32,000 nt of DNA from Idiomarina loihiensis L2TR (GCF_000008465.1 NC_006512.1:450001-482000), one strand, 5' to 3'. Positions 10,630 to 21,692 are shown, counted from the first letter of the stretch. The notes: generated by a model not told the origin, from the sequence alone. Program-made: numbers and translations.

Positions 10630-13347
10630 ATGCTAGGCAGTCTGTTTCGAAAAGTATTTGGTAGTCGCAACGATCGCATTCTCAAAACTATGAAGAAAGA
10701 CGTTGAGCGAATTAATTTGCTGGAACCCGAGTTTGAAGCGTTAAGTGATGCCGAGCTAAAAGAGAAAACCGCTGAATTTCGCAAGCGTCTGAACGATGGT
10801 GAGCGCATAGAGAAAATTTTACCCGAAGCCTTTGCTACTGTTCGTGAAGCCAGCAGACGTGTTTTCGGGATGCGTCACTTCGATGTACAGCTTATTGGCG
10901 GTATGGTACTGAACGATAACCGCATAGCAGAAATGAAAACGGGTGAAGGTAAAACGCTGACAGCGACCTTGCCTGCTTATTTGAATGCGTTACCGGGTAA
11001 AGGTGTTCACATTATTACGGTGAACGATTATCTGGCCAAGCGTGATGCTGAATTCAACCAACCATTATTTGACTTCCTTGGGTTGACCGTAGCGTTCAAC
11101 ATTCCGGGCATGGCGCCTGAAGACAAGAAAGCAGCTTATCAGGCCGACATTACTTACGGTACCAATAACGAGTTTGGTTTTGATTACCTGCGCGACAATA
11201 TGGCCTTTGCGCCACAGGACAGAGTTCAGCGCGAATTAAACTACGCTTTGGTCGATGAAGTCGACTCAATTCTGATTGATGAAGCCCGTACGCCGCTGAT
11301 TATTTCCGGTCCGGCTGAAGACAGTTCAGAAATGTACCGCAAAATGAATGAGCTGGTTCCACACTTGGTTCGTCAGGAAAAAGAAGACACTGAAGAAGAA
11401 CAAGGCGACGGCGACTTTACCATTGATGAAAAAGCCAAGCAGCTGCATCTTACCGAACACGGTCAGGAACACATTGAAGAGCTGCTGAAAGAGAAAGGCA
11501 TGCTGGACGCTGATGATTCGCTATACTCAGCCGCTAATATCAGTTTACTGCACCATATCAATGCTGCTTTACGCGCTCATCATCTATTTCAAAAAGATGT
11601 GGATTACATCATCAAAGACGACAAGGTTGTCATTGTTGATGAACATACAGGACGTACAATGGAAGGTCGCCGTTGGTCTGAAGGTCTGCATCAGGCAGTA
11701 GAAGCCAAAGAAGGCGTGCCAATTCAGAACGAAAACCAGACATTGGCATCTATTACCTTCCAGAATTATTTCCGTCTATACAACAAGCTAGCCGGTATGA
11801 CCGGTACAGCCGATACTGAAGCCTTCGAGTTCCAGTCTATTTATGGTCTGGAGACCATTGTACTGCCAACCAACAAACCAATGGTTCGTGATGACAGAGC
11901 CGATCTTATTTATCTGACCACACTGGAAAAATACGAAGCTATAGCCGAAGACATTGAAGAGTGTCGTAAGCAGAAGCGCCCGGTGCTGGTGGGTACGGTT
12001 TCTATTGAAAACTCTGAGCTTTTGTCACAGTTGCTGAAGAAAAAGAAAATTCCTCATGCGGTACTGAACGCTAAATTCCACGAACACGAAGCAGACATTA
12101 TTGCTCAGGCAGGCCGTCCGGGAACGGTAACCATTGCGACCAACATGGCCGGTCGTGGTACCGATATTGTTCTGGGCGGAAGCTGGATGGCAGAAGTTGA
12201 AAAGCTGGAAGAACCATCTAACGACAAAATCGAGAAAATAAAGCAAGACTGGCAGAAACTGCATGATGCCGTAATTGAGGCTGGCGGTTTGCACATTATT
12301 GGTACTGAGCGCCATGAGTCGCGTCGTATCGATAACCAGTTACGCGGTCGTGCTGGTCGTCAGGGTGACCCGGGTTCATCGCGTTTCTATTTGTCGCTGG
12401 AAGATCCACTTATGCGGATTTTCGCTTCAGACCGCATTGGAACTATGATGAAGCGTCTGGGTATGAAAGAAGGCGAAGCCATTGAACACCCTTGGGTAAC
12501 GCGAGCTATTGAAAATGCGCAACGTAAGGTGGAAGGACGTAACTTTGATGTCCGTAAACAATTGCTTGAGTATGACGATGTAGCCAACGATCAGCGTAGT
12601 GTTGTCTATGACCAGCGTAATGAATTGCTGGACGAAGGTGATATCTCTGAAACCATCGTTGCGATACGTGACGACGTGATAAATTCAGTGATCAGCGAGT
12701 ACGTTCCGCCTCAGTCTCTGGCTGAGCTCTGGGACTTAAAGGGTTTGGAAGAGCGTCTGCGTGGCGATTTCCACATCGAGCTGCCATTACAGCAATGGCT
12801 GGACGAAGAAGATCATTTCCATGAGGAAGTGTTGCGCGAGCGAGTACTGGAAGAGCTGGTTAAAGCTTACCAGGAAAAAGAAGAGATGGTGGGGCCTGAA
12901 GTGCTGCGCCGCTTCGAAAAATCCATCATGTTGCAAAGCCTTGACCAGCACTGGAAAGAACACTTAGCAGCAATGGATCATCTGCGTCAGGGTATTCACC
13001 TGCGTGGTTATGCTCAGAAAAACCCGAAACAAGAATACAAAAAAGAGGCTTTTGAACTCTTTACCGAGATGCTGGAAGCCCTGAAACTCGACGTTGTGAC
13101 TATTCTGAGCAAGGTGAAAGTACGAGCTCAGGAAGATGTGGACGCAGTAGATGAACAACGTAAAGCAGCCGATAGCGCGCCACGTGAGTTCCGCCATGAG
13201 CAAAGTGGCCCGGCAGCTGAAGAGCCTCAGAAAAACACTGATAATGCTCAGGGACAACCGGTTCGTAAAGGCGCAAAAGTGGGTCGTAACGAGCCATGCC
13301 CTTGTGGGTCAGGCAAAAAATATAAACATTGTCACGGTAAACTATAG
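10630..13347 (+). CDS. secA: Preprotein translocase ATPase SecA
   Basis: 905 aa starting [16 protein letters not shown], with Walker [10 protein letters not shown] and [19 protein letters not shown]. The C-terminal zinc-binding tail is [14 protein letters not shown]. Confidence 0.98.
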   Translation: MLGSLFRKVFGSRNDRILKTMKKDVERINLLEPEFEALSDAELKEKTAEFRKRLNDGERIEKILPEAFATVREASRRVFGMRHFDVQLIGGMVLNDNRIAEMKTGEGKTLTATLPAYLNALPGKGVHIITVNDYLAKRDAEFNQPLFDFLGLTVAFNIPGMAPEDKKAAYQADITYGTNNEFGFDYLRDNMAFAPQDRVQRELNYALVDEVDSILIDEARTPLIISGPAEDSSEMYRKMNELVPHLVRQEKEDTEEEQGDGDFTIDEKAKQLHLTEHGQEHIEELLKEKGMLDADDSLYSAANISLLHHINAALRAHHLFQKDVDYIIKDDKVVIVDEHTGRTMEGRRWSEGLHQAVEAKEGVPIQNENQTLASITFQNYFRLYNKLAGMTGTADTEAFEFQSIYGLETIVLPTNKPMVRDDRADLIYLTTLEKYEAIAEDIEECRKQKRPVLVGTVSIENSELLSQLLKKKKIPHAVLNAKFHEHEADIIAQAGRPGTVTIATNMAGRGTDIVLGGSWMAEVEKLEEPSNDKIEKIKQDWQKLHDAVIEAGGLHIIGTERHESRRIDNQLRGRAGRQGDPGSSRFYLSLEDPLMRIFASDRIGTMMKRLGMKEGEAIEHPWVTRAIENAQRKVEGRNFDVRKQLLEYDDVANDQRSVVYDQRNELLDEGDISETIVAIRDDVINSVISEYVPPQSLAELWDLKGLEERLRGDFHIELPLQQWLDEEDHFHEEVLRERVLEELVKAYQEKEEMVGPEVLRRFEKSIMLQSLDQHWKEHLAAMDHLRQGIHLRGYAQKNPKQEYKKEAFELFTEMLEALKLDVVTILSKVKVRAQEDVDAVDEQRKAADSAPREFRHEQSGPAAEEPQKNTDNAQGQPVRKGAKVGRNEPCPCGSGKKYKHCHGKL

Positions 13348-13353
13348 GTTTTT

Positions 13354-13770
13354 ATGGAGACCCAAAAATCGCCTGCTGTCCATGTGGCAGTAGGCGTGAT
13401 TGAAAATGAACAGGGCGAAATTTTTATCGCTCAACGTCATCCTGAACAACATCAGGGTGGTAAGTGGGAATTCCCCGGCGGTAAAGTCGAAGCTGGCGAG
13501 AATGTTCAACAAGCATTGCAGCGCGAACTAAAAGAAGAGTGCGGTATTGATGTGACCGACATGGCTCCATTAACCGTCATAGAGCATCAGTACAAAGATA
13601 AGCGAGTTTTACTCGATGTCTGGTGGGTGCTTTCATACAGCGGTGAAGCGCGTCAGTTAGAAGGTCAGGACTGGTGTTGGGTTGATAAAAACCAGCTGGA
13701 TGCATTCCAGTTTCCGGAAGCTAATCAACCCATTGTCGAATGCATTATGCAGTCATTGAACGCTTATTAG
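13354..13770 (+). CDS. mutT: 8-oxo-dGTP diphosphatase MutT (Nudix hydrolase)
   Basis: 138 aa with Nudix box GGKVEAGENVQQALQRELKEECGI. It starts 7 nt downstream of secA, matching the enteric secA-mutT order. Confidence 0.88.
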   Translation: METQKSPAVHVAVGVIENEQGEIFIAQRHPEQHQGGKWEFPGGKVEAGENVQQALQRELKEECGIDVTDMAPLTVIEHQYKDKRVLLDVWWVLSYSGEARQLEGQDWCWVDKNQLDAFQFPEANQPIVECIMQSLNAY

Positions 13771-13805
13771 TACAGCAACTCGTACTCTAATGGCTACTAC
13801 CTGAA

Positions 13806-14000
13806 CTAATAATCTGATTCTTCGTTGTTATAGTCGTCGTTAGCTATGACAACTGGCTCGCCCGGGATGCTTTTTTCCTCGTTTGCCCATTCACCTAAAT
13901 CAATCAGCTTGCATCGCTCACTGCAAAAAGGTCTGGCAGGGGATTTTTCTGACCACTCTACCTTAGTCTGGCAGGTTGGGCAGTTAACACTAATACTCAT
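13806..14000 (-). CDS. yacG: DNA gyrase inhibitor YacG (zinc ribbon)
   Basis: 64 aa: [36 protein letters not shown], the four-Cys YacG signature. 4-nt overlap with zapD. Confidence 0.9.
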   Translation of the reverse strand: MSISVNCPTCQTKVEWSEKSPARPFCSERCKLIDLGEWANEEKSIPGEPVVIANDDYNNEESDY

Positions 14001-14761
14001 GGACTACACCTTGCGAGTTCAAATTCAATATCGTGCAGGGATGTTTCTTTGCTCTCCCCGGGTAAGGGCATGAATCGTACCGTAAATCGCTGCCGATGCC
14101 CACTGATCACCGGATAAATCTTGGCAGAGCGGGGGACCTTAATTCGCAGCATAGCAAGCAGTTGCTCTGAACTTTCCTGCAGGAAGCCATTTTGCAATTG
14201 TATTGGCGCAAAAACGGATTGCTCGCGTAATAATGTCAGTTTTAAGGTAATAGCCAGTTCAACAAGAGCCAGTGTCTGACTCCAGCGTTCGCATTGTTGC
14301 TGCTTTTCTTCAGCAGACTGACTTAACCATAAATGTAGCTGAGGTAATTCAAATAAGCCGCTCATGCCCGGCTGGCTGAATCGCTGGCGTATACTCGTTA
14401 GCAGTGCATCGTCTTTGAGTTGGCGCAAGTACTTTGGAATATCCTGAAGCGTGTTGATGCAATGCTCAATTTCACTAATGGTTCTTTGCAATGCGTCACG
14501 GTCTACGTCGGGGTGTTCTTCCCATTTTTGTAAACGCTGTTTGTCGAGCTCTAAGTCTTTTGTCAGTTCGGTACGGATGTCACAGCGCTCAAGTAGTTCG
14601 GTGACAGCAAACAAGGCATTAAAAAAGGGTTCAGCCTGTTCATCAAAACAGACTCGGCTGGCTTTTAACTGTTCGAAGCCATGTTCTAAACGCAAATAAG
14701 TTCGCATACGCTCCTGAAGCGGATATTCATAGAGAATGTTGTCGTTATCAGTAGATGTCAT
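13997..14761 (-). CDS. zapD: Cell division protein ZapD (YacF)
   Basis: 254 aa. [18 protein letters not shown] at the N-terminus and [18 protein letters not shown]...IEFELARC at the C-terminus parallel E. coli ZapD. It lies between coaE and yacG as in enterics. Confidence 0.9.
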   Translation of the reverse strand: MTSTDNDNILYEYPLQERMRTYLRLEHGFEQLKASRVCFDEQAEPFFNALFAVTELLERCDIRTELTKDLELDKQRLQKWEEHPDVDRDALQRTISEIEHCINTLQDIPKYLRQLKDDALLTSIRQRFSQPGMSGLFELPQLHLWLSQSAEEKQQQCERWSQTLALVELAITLKLTLLREQSVFAPIQLQNGFLQESSEQLLAMLRIKVPRSAKIYPVISGHRQRFTVRFMPLPGESKETSLHDIEFELARCSP

Positions 14762-14801
14762 GCGATTGCCGATTGTTGAACTCTGTTGCTATGATAGCGG
14801 A

Positions 14802-15410
14802 TTACTCTTCCTGTGCAACGGTTGCCGCAAGATAGCGCTGATGCAATTGGTTAACTTGCCGACGTAATTGGTCGATACTGCTCTCGTTATTCAGAATATC
14901 ATCCGCTTTGCGAAGTCGTGCCTTACGACTCAGCTGAGCTTTCATTATTGCCTCAACTTCTTCTTTTGGACTCTCGTCGCGCTGAATGGTTCTTTGCAGT
15001 TGCAATTCTTCCGGAACATCCACGACTAATACCCGCTGGCAGTACTTATCTAAATTATTTTCCAGTAACAGCGGCGCTGATAAAATTACATAGGGTGAGC
15101 TGGCCTGTTCCAGTTGAGTCAGAATTTCCTCGCGTATGGCTGGGTGTAACAAGCTGTTCAACCAGTCTTTTTCTGCAGGGTCAGAGAATACTTTTTGGCG
15201 TAGCGCTTTGCGATCAAGCTCGCCTTTGTCGGTTAGCAGATCTCGACCGAAATGTTCTGCAATTGCTCGCAGGCAGGGGGTGCCCGGCATTACCACCTGA
15301 CGGGACACAATATCGGCATCGATCACGGTTATGCCCAATTTTTCAAACTCAGCTGTGGCTGCCGACTTTCCGCTACCGATACCACCGGTTACACCAACTA
15401 CATAGGTCAT
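14802..15410 (-). CDS. coaE: Dephospho-CoA kinase
   Basis: The track ORF extends to 15566, but the conserved N-terminus MTYVVGVTGGIGSGKS (P-loop) begins at the ATG at 15408-15410, 2 nt after the pilD stop. The upstream extension overlaps pilD and is not conserved-looking. Confidence 0.92.
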   Translation of the reverse strand: MTYVVGVTGGIGSGKSAATAEFEKLGITVIDADIVSRQVVMPGTPCLRAIAEHFGRDLLTDKGELDRKALRQKVFSDPAEKDWLNSLLHPAIREEILTQLEQASSPYVILSAPLLLENNLDKYCQRVLVVDVPEELQLQRTIQRDESPKEEVEAIMKAQLSRKARLRKADDILNNESSIDQLRRQVNQLHQRYLAATVAQEE

Positions 15411-15412
15411 AC

Positions 15413-16273
15413 TCAAGTTCCCCCTAACCAATGCCAGTAGCTGAACAACAGCTCCATACCATAGAAATAACTCAGCAGGCCTCCGCCGATTAGAAAAGGC
15501 CCAAAAGGTATGGGTTGAGAGCGGCTTTGCCGGCGTAACATAATCAGGCCTATTACGGCTCCGCAAACCGAGCTGGCAAGAATTGTGACCGGCAACAGAG
15601 TCGCGCCGGTAAAAGCGGTGATAGCTGCCAGCAGTTTAAAGTCACCATAGCCCATACCTTCTTTGCCGGTGATAAGCTTATAGGCCCAGAACACGCTCCA
15701 AAGGCTAAGATAACCCGCTGCGGCACCAATAATTGCGGAGGTTGGAGTCATGTCACTTAAGTCAGAGATAGACCAGAGCAAAGCCACCCAGAGTAAAGGG
15801 TAAGTGAGCTGATCGGGCAGTAACTGATGACGCCAGTCAATGACGAACAGGCAAATTAATAACGAAAAGACCGTAGCATATACCAGCGCTGGCAGAGTGA
15901 AGCCGAAATACCAGCCTATTATGCCAAACGCCAGGCAACTGATAATTTCAACCAGCCAGTAGGTAACCGGAATGCGAGTTTGACAATGGCGGCAGCGTGC
16001 GCGCAAAACCAGATAACTCAACAGCGGAATATTATCGTACCAGGCAATAGAGGCCTTGCATTCAGGGCAATGGGAACCCGGAAACGCGATGGAAAAGCGG
16101 TCCTGTTTGGTTACCGGCGTTCCGTTCATTTCGGCACATTCGCGCTGCCATTGGCGTTCCAGCTGTATTGGTAGCCGGGTGATCACTACATTCAGGAAGC
16201 TCCCAATAACAGCTCCCAGCACCAGCGCGACCATCAATGTCGGTATTGATCCGGCAGCAAGCAAGTATTCCAT
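15413..16273 (-). CDS. pilD: Prepilin leader peptidase / N-methyltransferase PilD (A24 family)
   Basis: 286 aa polytopic membrane protein with the cytoplasmic CPECxxx...CRHC tetracysteine and the GYGDFKL aspartyl-protease motif. Confidence 0.93.
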   Translation of the reverse strand: MEYLLAAGSIPTLMVALVLGAVIGSFLNVVITRLPIQLERQWQRECAEMNGTPVTKQDRFSIAFPGSHCPECKASIAWYDNIPLLSYLVLRARCRHCQTRIPVTYWLVEIISCLAFGIIGWYFGFTLPALVYATVFSLLICLFVIDWRHQLLPDQLTYPLLWVALLWSISDLSDMTPTSAIIGAAAGYLSLWSVFWAYKLITGKEGMGYGDFKLLAAITAFTGATLLPVTILASSVCGAVIGLIMLRRQSRSQPIPFGPFLIGGGLLSYFYGMELLFSYWHWLGGT

Positions 16274-16288
16274 ACTTCTATTCCTTAG

Positions 16289-17467
16289 TTATTGAAACTG
16301 CTGCCCCATAGAAAACAGCGGTAAATACATAGCGACCAAAAGAGTGCCTATAATGCCGCCTAAAACGACCATCAGCAAGGGCTCTGCCAGTGCAGTCAGG
16401 CGCTCACAATTTTCCTCAAAACGTTGTTGCTTGAAATCGGCAAGTGCGGCGAAGGCATTATCGATTTTACCATTTTGCTCGCCAACTTTAAGAAAACTGA
16501 GAGTGCGGGGCTCATTCAGCGCACTGGAACGGAAACTGTCTACCCAACCGTTACCGGACTCTAGTTGCTGATGAATTTGACGCAAGGCTGCTTTATGGGG
16601 CAACCAGTTCAGGGACGATTCGGTGCTGAGAATAGCTTGCCGGGTTTCAATACCGGCACGCAGAGCTACTGCCAACCGGTGAAACAGCTGCTGCAGCTTA
16701 ATATCCTGTAGCAATTGACCAATAACGGGTAATTGAGCAAGTGTGCGTTGGGAGAACAGCGGAGCTTTGTTTTTAACGGTCAAAAGAGTAACTGCCGCAG
16801 CTAATATCGCACTGAAAATGACAAATGCCTGCTCTTTCAAAAAAGCTGATGAATTCAGTAAAACGGCAGTGAGCCAGGGTAGTTCGCCTTCGCCAAAAAG
16901 CTGAGCAAAGGCAGGCAAAACCCAGCCCATCATCATGAAGCAAACACCAGCTGCCACGAGTAATACAATGACGGGGTAACGCAGCGCTTTGGTTAATTGC
17001 TTTTTCAGTTGATGCTGGCGTTTTTCCAGTTCTTGTAACTGCTGTAACGCATCCGCAAGCTGTCCGTTTTGTTCCGCCCAGGCTATGGCATTTATGTCAG
17101 CTTTGGGTAACCAGTGTTCATAATAAGTCAGTGCTCGACTGAAAGAGAAGCCATGCTCAATGCTGCGAATACAATCTTCAATTAACCAGCGCAGGCTTCT
17201 GGACTTAGTTTCACAAATACTGTGCCGCAGAGCTTCTGAAAGCGGCAGGCCACTCTCCAGTAAACTGGCGGTTTGTTGCAACAGAATGTACCAGAGCGAT
17301 AATTTAGGCCTAATAAGTTTTCTCTGACGCTTCGATAAGCGTTTTATTTTTGTGCAACGGATATGATGTTGCGATAACAGCTGTTTCGCCTGCAACAGCG
17401 AGTCTGCATGAACCAGCCCAGACGCATTGTCAGCCTGCCACTGCCAGCAGTAATCAAGCGTCTTCAT
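16289..17467 (-). CDS. pilC: Type IV pilus assembly platform protein PilC/HofC (GspF family)
   Basis: 392 aa with two GspF-type repeats and 3 predicted TM segments. C-terminal motif EPLLMVVLGGIIGTLLVAMYLPLF. It overlaps the upstream ATPase gene by 14 nt. Confidence 0.9.
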   Translation of the reverse strand: MKTLDYCWQWQADNASGLVHADSLLQAKQLLSQHHIRCTKIKRLSKRQRKLIRPKLSLWYILLQQTASLLESGLPLSEALRHSICETKSRSLRWLIEDCIRSIEHGFSFSRALTYYEHWLPKADINAIAWAEQNGQLADALQQLQELEKRQHQLKKQLTKALRYPVIVLLVAAGVCFMMMGWVLPAFAQLFGEGELPWLTAVLLNSSAFLKEQAFVIFSAILAAAVTLLTVKNKAPLFSQRTLAQLPVIGQLLQDIKLQQLFHRLAVALRAGIETRQAILSTESSLNWLPHKAALRQIHQQLESGNGWVDSFRSSALNEPRTLSFLKVGEQNGKIDNAFAALADFKQQRFEENCERLTALAEPLLMVVLGGIIGTLLVAMYLPLFSMGQQFQ

Positions 17468-18767
17468 AAGTGAAACGCTCCTTTTCCGCAGGGCTGATTA
17501 AGCCGCTATCGATATAATGCTGTAGCGCCTGCGAAAAATCCGGAAGCTTCAAATGGCCCAGATAGTGACGCAAATCTTCAATGGAGGCTCGTGAGTTGGT
17601 TAATGTCTCAATTAACCCTTCAGTTGTATCCAGCCAGGGCACCACCTCAAATACTGCCTGACGGTTTTTCTCTGTTCGGCTGTGGCTGTCGGCTACAGGC
17701 AGTAAACGTTGACTGACAATAAGCTTTAATGAGCTGCGAATATCCAGGGGATTAACGCCCAGAGAGTGCAAACGCTTTAATGTATCCAGGCAGTTGTTGG
17801 TATGCAGTGAACTCAGAACTAAATGACCCGTTTGCGCGGCCTGAACTGCAATTTTGGCTGTCTCCGCATCGCGGATTTCGCCAATAAGGATGACATCGGG
17901 GTCTTGCCTAAGGAGGGCGCGAAGAATCGATGCGAAGGTCAGCCCCTGGCGCGCATTGACCATCACCTGACTGCAGCCCGGCAGCGGGACCTCTACCGGA
18001 TCTTCAACACTGCAAACGTTGCTGCGCTCAGTATCCAGCTGGCTCATTGCGCTGTACAAAGTTGAAGTTTTGCCGCTACCTGTCGGTCCGGTCACCAGAA
18101 TTAACCCCTGCGTCTGGCTTAAACAGCGGGCAAACCAAGCGTACTGCTGTTCCAGCAGCCCGGTTTGCTGTAAGGGGGTAATGTTGTGTGTGGGCTGTAA
18201 GCACCGCAGCACCAATTTTTCACCTCCGATAACCGGACAGCAGTTTAATCTGAATTCCAGTTGCGTGTTATCACGGAATTGCACGGACAAGCGTCCGTCC
18301 TGCGGTTGACGTTGTTCGGTTAAATCGAGGCTGGCCTGTACTTTAATTCGCGAGTAAACCTGCTGCGCAAACTCTCGCGCTATAAAATCTAAACGGTGCA
18401 ACTGGCCGGCTTCTCTGCCTCTGACAACAACACCTTGGTTCAGAGGTTGCAGATGCAGGTCAGACAGCCCTTTCTCTGAGCAGTACAACAGCAACTGGTC
18501 AACGTATTCGATAGCCGAGTCCTTTGGCAGTTGAATACCGGATCGCTTGCCTTTGCCACGAATGAGCAATACTCTTTTATCGCTGTAAAAGCTCAGTAGT
18601 ACCGCGTCAACCGGCGCAAACCCGGGTTTTTGCAATAACATGAGCCACTTTTCCCCTTGCGCAAAAGGCAGCAAACCATGTTGTTGTAGGAAAGGGTCGT
18701 ACTCATTTTCCGACGAACTCGTCGGCCCGGGCAGGTGGGTGAGTGAACAGCAGGCGAAATCAGTCAT
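17454..18767 (-). CDS. pilB: Type IV pilus assembly ATPase, PilB/HofB (GspE) family, short form
   Basis: 437 aa with Walker A GPTGSGKTST, Asp box SVEDPVE, Walker B DVILIGEIRD and His box GHLVLSSLHTN. It lies between the pilin gene and pilC. No tetracysteine segment (see findings). Confidence 0.9.
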   Translation of the reverse strand: MTDFACCSLTHLPGPTSSSENEYDPFLQQHGLLPFAQGEKWLMLLQKPGFAPVDAVLLSFYSDKRVLLIRGKGKRSGIQLPKDSAIEYVDQLLLYCSEKGLSDLHLQPLNQGVVVRGREAGQLHRLDFIAREFAQQVYSRIKVQASLDLTEQRQPQDGRLSVQFRDNTQLEFRLNCCPVIGGEKLVLRCLQPTHNITPLQQTGLLEQQYAWFARCLSQTQGLILVTGPTGSGKTSTLYSAMSQLDTERSNVCSVEDPVEVPLPGCSQVMVNARQGLTFASILRALLRQDPDVILIGEIRDAETAKIAVQAAQTGHLVLSSLHTNNCLDTLKRLHSLGVNPLDIRSSLKLIVSQRLLPVADSHSRTEKNRQAVFEVVPWLDTTEGLIETLTNSRASIEDLRHYLGHLKLPDFSQALQHYIDSGLISPAEKERFTYEDA

Positions 18768-19249
18768 TAGTAGCTTACCTGTTGTTCACAGTTTTGCACT
18801 ACTGAGCGCATTTCGCTGTAATCGGAACAGGCAATGTTCCAGTCTAAATGCGTATTCGTGGCGTTGGGTGTCAGTTCAATCTGCAGTGGCTGATTATTAA
18901 TACTCACCGAGTTGAGAGTTAGGCGCACCGCAGCAGATTCGGTCAGACTGAGGTCGCTGAGCTCATCGGGGAGAGGCGAGGGTAAACCGGGGATGCCTTT
19001 ATTTCCGGCTTGATTGCATTTATTTAACTGCCCCTCAATTTGCCAGCACAAAGCAATACCCAGCTGTAGTGGCTGAGCATGGGCTAAGGCTTTACTGACT
19101 TTGGCCTGCTGGGTGTAATAGGTGTACGACGGAACGGCAATAGCCGAGAGGATGGCAATGATGGCCACCACGACCATCATCTCGATAAGACTAAAACCCT
19201 TACCTGGCAAACGAAGAACGGGCAAACGGCGAAAATGTGCTTCCTGCAT
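18767..19249 (-). CDS. pilA: Type IV pilin (PilA/PpdD-like), prepilin-type N-terminal cleavage/methylation domain
   Basis: 160 aa. G/FSLIEMMVVVAIIAILSAIAVPSY is a class III signal with Glu+5. There is a C-terminal Cys pair (CSDYSEMRSVVQNC) and an NKGIPGLPSP segment reminiscent of E. coli PpdD. A GGAG Shine-Dalgarno lies 7 nt upstream of the ATG. Confidence 0.9.
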   Translation of the reverse strand: MQEAHFRRLPVLRLPGKGFSLIEMMVVVAIIAILSAIAVPSYTYYTQQAKVSKALAHAQPLQLGIALCWQIEGQLNKCNQAGNKGIPGLPSPLPDELSDLSLTESAAVRLTLNSVSINNQPLQIELTPNATNTHLDWNIACSDYSEMRSVVQNCEQQVSY

Positions 19250-19348
19250 AATTCAGCTCCCTGTTTAAGAACAGCAGAACTGTGGTTCACCCGGGCGAAT
19301 TAGTAAATTCTATTTTCCTGTAAGTTATTGGCTATCCACCGCCATTTT

Positions 19349-20233
<885 letters not shown>

Positions 20234-20285
20234 TTAACAGACAATACGGATACTAGGGGGCAAACTTTACCGTTTTGTTGAGCCT

Positions 20286-20834
20286 GTGAAAAGCGACCCG
20301 ATAAAAAATCATAAAATAACCACTGCGGTGCAGCATCCGTCCCCGCATTACGATGATCGCCCGCAAAGCGCTGAAGTCAGTCTGCTGGTCATTCATTGTA
20401 TTAGCCTGCCGGAAGGACAATATGGTACACCTTATATTCGCCAGCTGTTTATGGGCGAACTGGAACCCGATGCACACCCGGATTTTGCTATTCTGAACGG
20501 ACTGAGGGTGTCGGCGCATTGTGTGATCCGCCGCAATGGTACAGTTGAGCAATACGTGCCCTTTGATAAAAGAGCCTGGCACGCGGGTATGTCCCGTTAC
20601 TGCGGGCGTAGGCGATGTAACGATTTCAGTATAGGCATTGAGCTCGAAGGAACCGACCACAGTGCCTATACTCAACAACAATACGAACAATTAATTGCAG
20701 TCACTAAGGCGTTAATCAGCACATATCCTAGGTTAAACCGTCGACGTATTGTCGGCCATCAGGATATCGCCCCGGGTCGTAAAACGGACCCGGGCAGTGA
20801 ATTTGACTGGCAAACCTATTTAAATGCCTTATAA
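20286..20834 (+). CDS. ampD: 1,6-anhydro-N-acetylmuramyl-L-alanine amidase AmpD
   Basis: 182 aa with a GTG start. SPHYDDRP, VSAHCVIRRNGTVEQYVPFDKRAWHAG, NDFSIGIELEG and GHQDIAPGRKTDPG are near-identical in pattern to E. coli AmpD. Confidence 0.95.
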   Translation: MKSDPIKNHKITTAVQHPSPHYDDRPQSAEVSLLVIHCISLPEGQYGTPYIRQLFMGELEPDAHPDFAILNGLRVSAHCVIRRNGTVEQYVPFDKRAWHAGMSRYCGRRRCNDFSIGIELEGTDHSAYTQQQYEQLIAVTKALISTYPRLNRRRIVGHQDIAPGRKTDPGSEFDWQTYLNAL

Positions 20835-20844
20835 GGAGTCATGA

Positions 20845-21669
20845 ATGGTCCTCATTGCGTTGCTGATTGCATTAAGCGTTGAGCGTTTGTATCACAGCCC
20901 GGCCTTTTTGCACTGGTCGTTTTTTCTGGAACGCTGGCAACACTGGAGTGCGGCACGGCTTACAAACGAAAAGTGGAAAAGTGAGCCTCTGCAACTGGTT
21001 CGCCTGCTGGTTCCTGCTTTGGCTGTCGGTTTTCTGGTGGTGTTGCTGGACAACCTGATGGTGACCTTTATTGTCAGTATTTTGTCTTTACTGCTGGCGA
21101 TGAATTGCGAGCCCGCCCGCAAAAGCTATAAGGCTTATTTAAAGGCCGCAAACCGGGGCGATGAACAACAGGTAAATGAACATCAACACGCATTAACTGA
21201 ATTTGCCGGGCAGCATCAGCCAAAGCAGTTAAGTGACTCGTTAATCTGGATCAATTACCGGCAATATATTGCGGTAATGTTCTATTTTGTGCTGTTTGGC
21301 AGTTTCGGCGCTCTGGTATACGCCAGTCTGCGTTATGCCGAGAAGCAAATAAGCGAACCGGAGTCGACTAAACTCTGGCAGCAATTTATGTGGTTTGCAG
21401 ACTGGGTTCCGGCTCGCTTAGCTGGATTCGGTTTATTAATTGTCGGGCATTTTTCGCGGGCGTTCCCAGTTTGGGTCAAGCACAGTCTGAACCCGCAGGC
21501 CGACCCGGATAAACTGCTTTTTAATGTCGCCAGCAAAGCAGAAGACATCCCTCAGCACCCCGACGACAGAACCGAGCACATCGCTTGCCAGTTGCGCTTA
21601 ATGCGCCGCCAGCAGATTTTCTGGGTGTGTGTTATTGCCGCCTTAACCTTAACGGGTTGGGTGAATTAG
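20845..21669 (+). CDS. ampE: Inner membrane regulatory protein AmpE
   Basis: 274 aa membrane protein 10 nt downstream of ampD. LIWINYRQY and DWVPARLAGFGLLIVGH motifs parallel E. coli AmpE. Confidence 0.88.
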   Translation: MVLIALLIALSVERLYHSPAFLHWSFFLERWQHWSAARLTNEKWKSEPLQLVRLLVPALAVGFLVVLLDNLMVTFIVSILSLLLAMNCEPARKSYKAYLKAANRGDEQQVNEHQHALTEFAGQHQPKQLSDSLIWINYRQYIAVMFYFVLFGSFGALVYASLRYAEKQISEPESTKLWQQFMWFADWVPARLAGFGLLIVGHFSRAFPVWVKHSLNPQADPDKLLFNVASKAEDIPQHPDDRTEHIACQLRLMRRQQIFWVCVIAALTLTGWVN

Positions 21670-21692
21670 AGGTTGTACCAGCTGAGAAAAAT

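Noticed and set aside
15411-15566. 52-codon N-terminal extension of the coaE ORF in the track (254 aa versus about 202 aa)
   Set aside because: The extension lies entirely inside the 3' end of pilD in another frame. The conserved CoaE N-terminus with its P-loop starts at the ATG at 15410, so the extension is an ORF-caller artefact.
19250-19348. Search for a sigma54 promoter (GG-N10-GC) or CRP-S/Sxy-type site upstream of the pilin gene
   Set aside because: I read the minus-strand sequence of the spacer and found no TGGCAC-N5-TTGC-like element. There was only a weak GGTGA half-site with no matching TCACA half. The evidence is too weak to call any regulatory site here.
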